Source: Elainellaceae cyanobacterium (GTDB lineage: Bacteria; Cyanobacteriota; Cyanobacteriia; CAKZMO01). From it: a DNA stretch of 64,000 bases. The notes under the pieces are model-generated. The model searched no databases and had not been told where the DNA came from. It saw only the letters and a program-made list of their open reading frames with translations. Position numbers and translations under genes: made by a program. Below, piece after piece: positions 57,856 through 64,000 of the stretch (position 1 is the stretch's first letter; every line of letters begins with the position of its first letter). The stretch is taken from assembly GCA_050331115.1 (NCBI GenBank), contig JBHJHD010000040.1, forward strand, positions 3,935-67,934, written 5' to 3'.

Positions 57856-59739
57856 TTATCCCTTCTGCATCGCCTCACGTAAAGCCGTCGTATCCCAGGC
57901 CTGATCCGCATCTTGGGGGAGGTCGTCACCATCCGACTGCAGGATCTGCTCTAGATCCCGAGAAAGCTGCTGCGATCGCGCTGCGATGGTGCGCTCGTCC
58001 CCCTGCATATAGGCCATTTCCTGCATCGCTTCATCATCGTGCTGCCTAAAGGTCTGGGCGGCGCGGTGGGCGCGGTAGGCCCGAAATCCCAGCAGCTTGA
58101 GGGCCTCTTTCCCCAGCTCTAGCGACGACGCAAAGGTTTCCCGCTCCACCACGCTGACGCCGCGACGAATCAGAGCGTAAGCGTGGCGGCGATCGATAGC
58201 CCGCGCCAAAATCTTCAGGTGGGGAAAGTGCTTCTGCACCATATCCACCGTCTTCAAAATGCGATCGGGGTCGTCGATGGCAATCACAAAAAGCTGGGCA
58301 TGCTCTGCCCCCGCCGCGTGCAGCAGGTCTAGCCGCGACGAGTCGCCGTAGAATACCTTGTGGCCAAACCGCCGCAGCATCTCGATATGGGAGGCGTCGT
58401 GGTCAAGTACCGTCGTCTCGAAGCCGTTAGCAATCAGCAGTCGTCCGACAATTTGGCCGAAGCGGCCAAACCCGGCAATGATGACTGGGGTTTCCCCGTC
58501 GTCGATGTCGTCGGCCTCTCGCTCAACCCTGGGGGCCTCAAACCGAGGCTGAATTAGCCGCTCGTTGACAATCAGCAATAGGGGCGTCAGGGCCATAGAT
58601 AGGGCGACTACTACCACTAGCGGCGCGGTGATATCGGTCGGCAGCACTCGGCTTTGCTCGGCAAAGGAGAAGAGCACGAACCCAAACTCCCCGCCTTGGG
58701 CGAGGGCTAAAGCAAATAGGGCATTGGTGCTAGGGGTGAGGCGAAACCCGCGGCCCAGGCCAAACAAAATCACCCCCTTTACCACCATCAGCCCAATTAC
58801 CAGGCCGAAAATCATCAGCGGCTGTTGAAACAGAATGTTGAAGTTGATGCTGGCCCCCACGGAAATGAAAAACAGCCCCAGCAGCAGTCCCTTAAACGGC
58901 TCGATATTGGTCTCGAGCTCGTGGCGGTATTCGTTCTCCGCTAGCACTACCCCCGCCACAAAGGTGCCTAGGGCCGGCGATAGACCCACCATCTGCATCA
59001 GCAGGGTAATGCCGATTACCAGCAGCAGCGCCGTGGCCGTGAAGATCTCCCGCAGCCGCGTGTCGGCGATAAAGCGGAACACCGGGCGCATCAGGAAGCG
59101 CCCCGCCACGATAATGCCCCCCACGACACCCATCACCACCAGGGTTTGCTGCCATCCCGAGAGGGAGAGGCCCTGCTCCTGCGCCGCCACCAGCACCGCT
59201 TTGGCCTGTACCTCTGGGCTCTCCAGCAGCGGCAGCAGCGCCAGCATCGGAATTACGGCGATGTCCTGAAACAGCAGCACCGAAAAGGCGGACTGTCCCG
59301 CCTCGGTTTTCAGCAGCCCCTTTTCTTCTAAGGTCTGCAGGACGATCGCCGTCGAGGAGAGGGCAAAAATCATGCCCACCGCCAGGGCCATTGGCCAGGG
59401 TAAGCCAAACAGCAAGCTCAGCCCGGCTATAGCCCCCGTAGTCAGCGCCACCTGCAGGCCCCCCAGCCCTAAAATCGGCCCCCGCATTCGCCACAGCAGC
59501 GAGGGCTGCAGCTCTAGGCCGATAATGAACAGCATCAGCACCACGCCAAACTCGGCAAAGTGCATCACGTCTTCCTGCTGCCCGCCCCCCACTAAGCCCA
59601 GCACGTACGGGCCGATGATCACCCCGGCAATCAGGTAGCCCAGCACCGAGCCCAGCCCTAGCCGCTTGGCCACCGGCACCGACAGGACGGCCGCCAGCAG
59701 ATAGATAAACGCCTGGAAGAAGAATCCGTCGTTATGCAT
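57856..59739 (-). CDS. CPA2-family K+/H+ antiporter (KefB/KefC-type) with C-terminal RCK/TrkA-N domain
   Basis: About 13 hydrophobic segments, then IIAGFGRFGQIVGRLL (Rossmann GxGxxG). ATG 59739 is preceded by ggaggt; the track ORF is over-extended by 39 codons. Confidence 0.85.
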   Translation of the reverse strand: MHNDGFFFQAFIYLLAAVLSVPVAKRLGLGSVLGYLIAGVIIGPYVLGLVGGGQQEDVMHFAEFGVVLMLFIIGLELQPSLLWRMRGPILGLGGLQVALTTGAIAGLSLLFGLPWPMALAVGMIFALSSTAIVLQTLEEKGLLKTEAGQSAFSVLLFQDIAVIPMLALLPLLESPEVQAKAVLVAAQEQGLSLSGWQQTLVVMGVVGGIIVAGRFLMRPVFRFIADTRLREIFTATALLLVIGITLLMQMVGLSPALGTFVAGVVLAENEYRHELETNIEPFKGLLLGLFFISVGASINFNILFQQPLMIFGLVIGLMVVKGVILFGLGRGFRLTPSTNALFALALAQGGEFGFVLFSFAEQSRVLPTDITAPLVVVVALSMALTPLLLIVNERLIQPRFEAPRVEREADDIDDGETPVIIAGFGRFGQIVGRLLIANGFETTVLDHDASHIEMLRRFGHKVFYGDSSRLDLLHAAGAEHAQLFVIAIDDPDRILKTVDMVQKHFPHLKILARAIDRRHAYALIRRGVSVVERETFASSLELGKEALKLLGFRAYRAHRAAQTFRQHDDEAMQEMAYMQGDERTIAARSQQLSRDLEQILQSDGDDLPQDADQAWDTTALREAMQKG

Positions 59740-60400
59740 GGGTGACCTCCGAAGCCGTGTTCTCTGAGGTCGCGCCCCCTGAAGTCGACAGCTGCAGTCC
59801 GTTTTGGCAAACGTCCTGGTCAATGGCGTAGTTGCTAGCCAGCTCTTCCCAGTCAATTTTGCGATCGCGCAGCGTGGTAATGAAGCTGCGGTAGCGATCG
59901 GCGTGGGGGGCTATCTGGCTCATCTCCTGAAGTTGGTGCGTCCCGTAAACGACAAACGGCGGCAAATATTCCATGCCGCACAGCCGGGCCGTTTGCTCGA
60001 AGGGGGTTAGCAGCTCGCGAATGCTGTAGTAGTTATAGCCCTGGCGGCAGTAGGCGGCTTTAGTGCCGCCCGTAGTAATGGCGGAAAAGCACTTTTTGCC
60101 CTGCAGCGCTGTGCCGTCGTGGCCGAAGGCAAATCCGTACTCTAAGACTAGATCTTGCCACTCTTTAAGCAGGGCGGGGCTATTGTACCAGTAGAAGGGA
60201 TGCTGAAACACGATCACGTCGTGGTCCAGCAGAAGCTGCTGCTCTCGGGCCACGTCGATGTGGAACTGGGGGTAGGCCTCGTAGAGGTCGTGGATGGTAA
60301 CGGCGTCAAGATCATCAACGGCGTCAATAAGTTGCCGGTTGATGCGGGACTTCTCCAGCGCCGGGTGGGCGAACAGGATCAAAATGCGGTAAGGAGCCAT
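59732..60400 (-). CDS. KefF/KefG-type flavodoxin-like NAD(P)H oxidoreductase (ancillary subunit)
   Basis: ILILFAHPALEKSRINRQL...VFQHPFYWYNSPALLKEW. Its stop overlaps the antiporter start by 8 nt. Confidence 0.8.
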   Translation of the reverse strand: MAPYRILILFAHPALEKSRINRQLIDAVDDLDAVTIHDLYEAYPQFHIDVAREQQLLLDHDVIVFQHPFYWYNSPALLKEWQDLVLEYGFAFGHDGTALQGKKCFSAITTGGTKAAYCRQGYNYYSIRELLTPFEQTARLCGMEYLPPFVVYGTHQLQEMSQIAPHADRYRSFITTLRDRKIDWEELASNYAIDQDVCQNGLQLSTSGGATSENTASEVTHA

Positions 60401-60571
60401 AGGAAAGCGGTATCGATATTGCCTTGACGGTTGGATGAGGCTAGCTGAGGACCGACTCAGTCACGGCTCAGCCACAGTATTACCGAACAGCCTAGCGCGT
60501 TGTTTACTCGATGATGCATTTCCCCAGTGTTGCAGGCACGCTGCTGCACCAGGTGTGGACCCTACAGCCCC

Positions 60572-60610
60572 GGCGCACTACTCTGGCGCACTACTCTGGC
60601 GCACTATCCT
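60572..60610. repeat. 13-bp tandem repeat ggcgcactactct x3
   Basis: Copies at 60572-84, 60585-97 and 60598-610 (third copy has 1 mismatch). The last copy overlaps the stop of the Uma2 gene. Confidence 0.85.
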
Positions 60611-61416
60611 GGGTCAATGCCCAACTTCCGTAGGCGCTGCGCCAGCTGCGCTGCTCGCTGCTCAGCGTTCTTCTGAGCAAGACGCGCTTGTTCCGTATCG
60701 GTCAGTAGCCACTGGCCTTCGCCGTCGCACCAGCGCAGCCAGCGTCCAACTACGCCTTCGAATTCCCCTTCCCATAGTCCAAGGCCAACACCTAGGTCTT
60801 CTAACCAAACAGTGGGCAGATCGGCGCTTAAAGATTGCTCTTGGTAGCGTCCCGCAATGAGCTGAAAGTATCGGAGGTGCTGCTTTCGCCGGCAGTAAAC
60901 GAGGTAATGGGGGATACGTAAAAACTGCTCGTATACGGTTAGTTTATCTGGTGTAGTATCCGCAGTCTGAGGCTGTCCCGCAGGGTCATCGTCAATTTTG
61001 TCGTCGCGGGTGCAGAACCGTCCGAGATCTGAGGCTTCGGTACCCGGTGAGAGAAACTCAACCGCGACGGTGGGTGATGTGCCCTCTTGCCAAACCACGT
61101 AGCTACGGCGCAGGTCGTGCCCGTCGTAGAGCCTAGGAACGCCGACAGCAAGAAACCAGTCGGGACGCTTGAACCACAGAGGATGGTGGACGTCGTAATA
61201 GAGGTTGAGGTCTGAGCTGCTGAACCACTGACTTCGGGTGTAGTTGGCTAGGGAGAGGGTGCGGGCAAGAAGCTGCGGCTGTAAACTATGAAACTCATCT
61301 GGCAAACCGGGCTCCCCTGGAAACTCACTGGGCAAATCATACATGGTGGGCAGGGTCTTTCGAGGCGACAGGGGCGGGTCGCCTTGGGGGGCAGAATAAC
61401 CTGTGGAATATGCCAT
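60604..61416 (-). CDS. Uma2-family (DUF820) endonuclease, intact
   Basis: LPTMYDLPSE...PDWFLAVGV...VVWQEG..PTVAVEFLSPGT... with a C-terminal coiled coil. ATG 61416 is preferred. Confidence 0.75.
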   Translation of the reverse strand: MAYSTGYSAPQGDPPLSPRKTLPTMYDLPSEFPGEPGLPDEFHSLQPQLLARTLSLANYTRSQWFSSSDLNLYYDVHHPLWFKRPDWFLAVGVPRLYDGHDLRRSYVVWQEGTSPTVAVEFLSPGTEASDLGRFCTRDDKIDDDPAGQPQTADTTPDKLTVYEQFLRIPHYLVYCRRKQHLRYFQLIAGRYQEQSLSADLPTVWLEDLGVGLGLWEGEFEGVVGRWLRWCDGEGQWLLTDTEQARLAQKNAEQRAAQLAQRLRKLGIDPG

Positions 61417-61748
61417 GGTGAGTGGCCTTTGGTGAAGATATTTATAGCGTTGGCCCATCGCTTAGGGCAAAATCATCGGCTTAAAGCAATGGCTATCCAG
61501 GCAACATAGCGCACTCTACTGTCTCAAGGCGCGTATTGTCTATCCTAGCCTGCGAAGCTGTGTCCCATCGCACCAGGCAACTTGCGCTATCGACCGGAAG
61601 TCCAGCCATACACCATCTGGAATTGGGTCTCAGGCCATTGATTCCCTAATGAAGATACTGCCGTAGAATGACCACTACAGCGACAGCCCTGTCGCCACCG
61701 TTACATTGATCGTTACATTGATTAAGCGTCTGTACTGAGCCCTCCCCG

Positions 61749-63689
61749 ATGAAAACACTGCCGTTTATCATCAAGAAGTTTGTCTTCAAAGATGAGCGAT
61801 CGCCCGATAATGAGCCTGTCGAGCTCGTTGACATCAAGGATACGCCACCCAACAAGCCTAGCAGCGATCCGCCGATTCCCGGCTACTTCGTCATGAGCAG
61901 CGCCACGCCCAATGTGGATGGCGACCCCGATGAGGTGGCCGACGCGCAAGACGCTGCCGGCGATCGCAGCGCGCTCAGAATTGGGGGACCTGCACAAACG
62001 CCTCAGTCTCGACAGCAGGAGGGCGACAACGCAGCTCACGGCATCACTGAAATTGCCGAGTATCTCTACCGCGTCTACGCCGACAGCAATAGCTCCCCAG
62101 AGCTCGTGATTGTGGTCCACGGCTACAACACGAGCCGCGGGGAGGTGTGCAGTTGGTACAAAGATATTTTCTACTACATCAACCGCCACGACCCGGCGAT
62201 CGCCGCACCGCGAAGCCAGGTGTTTATCGGCTATCGCTGGCCCTCAGAAAACGTCACGCCTAAGCGTCTGCTTGAATCGCTGATTGCGCTGCCGCCGCTG
62301 CCGCGCGATCTGCTGTTTATGGGGGGCTTGGCTGCCTTAGTGCTGCTGGTGCTTGAGATGCTGCAGTTCATCATGCCGGGGGGGCTGCTGCTGGGTTTTC
62401 TGGCCGGCATACCGCTGTTCTTGCTGATGCTGCTGGGCTTTATGATGGTCACTCTCGTGCTGCTGCGGCTGGTGGTCTACTTCCGCGATCGCTATCGGGC
62501 CAGCAACTTTGGCGTGCTGGACCTGGTGGAGCTGCTGCGGCAGGTCGACTGGGCGCTTGTGCAGCTCAAGGCAAAGGACCTGCGGGGGCAGCAGGGCCAT
62601 CTCTCAGAGGCGGCAGCTACAGAAGCGGCCATACGGTACTGGCGCCAGGAGACGCAACGGCGGGTGAAGCTCTCCTTCATCGGCCACAGCATGGGCGGCT
62701 TTGTAGTCACCAACGCGGTGCGGATTCTGTCGGACGTGTTCGACTTTCGCTCGGTGATGCAGCAGCCCCCCGCCGACGTGGGCTCGGTGTTTCGGCTAGA
62801 GCGGCTGCTGCTCGCCTCCCCCGACATCCCCATCCTCACCATCATCTCCAACCGGGCCAACTTTCTAGCGTCTTCCCTGCGGCGATTTGCCGAGTCCTAC
62901 CTGCTGAGCAGCGAGGGGGATATCGCCCTGCGCATGGCCTCCACCACCGCCAACTACATCGCCTTCCCGAGCCGCACCCAGTACCAGGGCTACCGGCTGG
63001 GCAATGTGGCCCTCAGCGGCGAGAAGTACGGCATCGTCAACCTCAACGCCCTGGACAATGAGCTGTTTGAAGGTAGACCCCTCAAAGAGGCGATCGTCAC
63101 CGCGTCGGAAAAGATTTTGGAGAATCTGTTTGTCACCGCTGAGCGCTTCCGGCCCAACCGCTATGTCACGCTAGCGGAGCTGTTTCGCGACCAGGCAGGG
63201 CTAGGAGACAACCGGGTGACCGTAGCCGACTTCTTCACCTTTTTCGACTGCACCGACTACGAAGACCATAAGTTTTCGGTCAGGAGTGTGGATCAAAAGG
63301 GGCCGCGAGAGGGCCTCCTCACCCGCGCCAAGCGCAAAAAAGCCCTCAGCGCGGGAGACTATTTTCAGCTCACCTACGACTACGTCACCGGCCAGCGAGA
63401 CGTCCACGGGGGCTACTTCCAGGGTGAATTTACCCAGCAGCTCCTCTACCGCACGGCGTTCTTAGGATTCACGGGCTACCTCAAAACCTTGGACGACGAC
63501 CCCCACAACGCCTACGATCCCCACGTGGCCCTCAGCAAATTTCACATGGCCTGCCGCGAGAAGGGCATTCAGGGCTTCCTCTCTCCGATTCGCTACCGCG
63601 TCGATATCCAAAAGCAAAGCCTCTCGGACACCATTCAGGAGCTTCTCAAGGCGATTGCGCCAGCGCCGGTGAACAAGGTCGAAGACTGA
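61749..63689 (+). CDS. DUF900-like alpha/beta hydrolase with internal hydrophobic (membrane) insertion and disordered N-terminus
   Basis: LVIVVHGYNTS, FIGYRWPSE, then about 65 hydrophobic residues (LLFMGGLAALVLLVLEMLQFIMPGGLLLGFLAGIPLFLLMLLGFMMVTLVLLRLVVYF), then the nucleophile elbow FIGHSMGG and LLASPDI. Confidence 0.7.
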   Translation: MKTLPFIIKKFVFKDERSPDNEPVELVDIKDTPPNKPSSDPPIPGYFVMSSATPNVDGDPDEVADAQDAAGDRSALRIGGPAQTPQSRQQEGDNAAHGITEIAEYLYRVYADSNSSPELVIVVHGYNTSRGEVCSWYKDIFYYINRHDPAIAAPRSQVFIGYRWPSENVTPKRLLESLIALPPLPRDLLFMGGLAALVLLVLEMLQFIMPGGLLLGFLAGIPLFLLMLLGFMMVTLVLLRLVVYFRDRYRASNFGVLDLVELLRQVDWALVQLKAKDLRGQQGHLSEAAATEAAIRYWRQETQRRVKLSFIGHSMGGFVVTNAVRILSDVFDFRSVMQQPPADVGSVFRLERLLLASPDIPILTIISNRANFLASSLRRFAESYLLSSEGDIALRMASTTANYIAFPSRTQYQGYRLGNVALSGEKYGIVNLNALDNELFEGRPLKEAIVTASEKILENLFVTAERFRPNRYVTLAELFRDQAGLGDNRVTVADFFTFFDCTDYEDHKFSVRSVDQKGPREGLLTRAKRKKALSAGDYFQLTYDYVTGQRDVHGGYFQGEFTQQLLYRTAFLGFTGYLKTLDDDPHNAYDPHVALSKFHMACREKGIQGFLSPIRYRVDIQKQSLSDTIQELLKAIAPAPVNKVED

Positions 63690-63715
63690 CCGCCGCTGGG
63701 GCCGCCAAGCCGTAT

Positions 63716-64000
63716 CTAGATCGAAAGCGGGTCTAGCGCATAGCTGCGCCATCGGCCCATCGCCATTTCGACGACGTGGGGCCGCACCGTGAAGCGGGCG
63801 GGGGTATCGGCGCTGACGTCGACCCGCGCAAAGGTATAGGGGCGGCGTTTACGAGCGCCGTAGCCCGTACGCCCCACAAACAGATGCGATCGCGCCACGG
63901 GCCAGCGATTGTCGCCAACATGTTCAAAGAGGATGCTTCCCTCGATCCGCTGCCGCCGCAGGCTATAGCCGCTACCGCCGCACACCACCCAGTGAATGCC
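63716..64000 (-). CDS. C-terminal part of a protein, possibly metallophosphoesterase-like (5' end beyond window)
   Basis: The frame is open to the window edge: GIHWVVCGGSGYSLRRQ...YTFARVDVSADTPARFTVRP. Functional assignment is weak. Confidence 0.35.
   Translation of the reverse strand, partial: GIHWVVCGGSGYSLRRQRIEGSILFEHVGDNRWPVARSHLFVGRTGYGARKRRPYTFARVDVSADTPARFTVRPHVVEMAMGRWRSYALDPLSI

Noticed and set aside
58892-59494. 200-aa alternative-frame ORF inside the K+/H+ antiporter gene
   Set aside because: It is Gly/Ala/Arg-rich, lies on the same strand but out of frame with a convincing polytopic transporter, and has no independent support.
1-64000. Search for tRNA, rRNA, tmRNA, RNase P RNA, SRP RNA and CRISPR arrays
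   Set aside because: Scanning the larger intergenic regions (19238-19648, 21531-21894, 26334-26632, 31009-31368, 34781-35399, 37810-38107, 52198-52580) by eye, I found no T-loop GGTTCGA-type motifs, no conserved RNase P or SRP cores and no regularly spaced direct repeats. A covariance-model scan would be needed to be definitive.

Overview
This 64-kb segment looks like cyanobacterial chromosome. The evidence is the many GCGATCGC (HIP1) palindromes and lineage-typical genes: nblA, ycf39, DevBCA-type exporter, DUF1995 and Uma2 genes. It is densely coding, with about 50 credible CDS on both strands. By eye I found no rRNA, tRNA or CRISPR array. Housekeeping content includes a partial ygfZ missing from the ORF track, ychF, acs, ftsI, an LptA/LptB/LptF-G cluster, cbiX, photolyase, a KefG/KefC-type pair and a tricorn-like protease. 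Signalling content includes two adjacent histidine kinases, an ECF sigma with an RskA-type anti-sigma, a SARP-STAND regulator, a LuxR-type regulator, and a Ser/Thr kinase facing a same-strand run of ABC1 kinase, PP2C, nblA and tandem USP. I see no clear-cut canonical defence island or prophage. The most unusual items are: (1) a single RAYT (HUH/Y1 transposase) gene inside an array of near-identical 82-bp long-loop hairpin repeats, with solo arms elsewhere in the window; (2) a DUF900-type alpha/beta hydrolase whose catalytic fold is interrupted by a hydrophobic membrane hairpin; (3) a MITE-like element with terminal inverted repeats in the TetR/devB promoter region, plus a truncated copy next to the tricorn gene; (4) several gene relics: a Uma2 gene with one in-frame TAG, an orthocaspase fragment and a truncated methyltransferase; (5) recurrent in-frame 15-bp x3 tandem repeats in unrelated genes. 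All functional calls come from motif recognition in the supplied translations and my own reading of the DNA. No database search was run.
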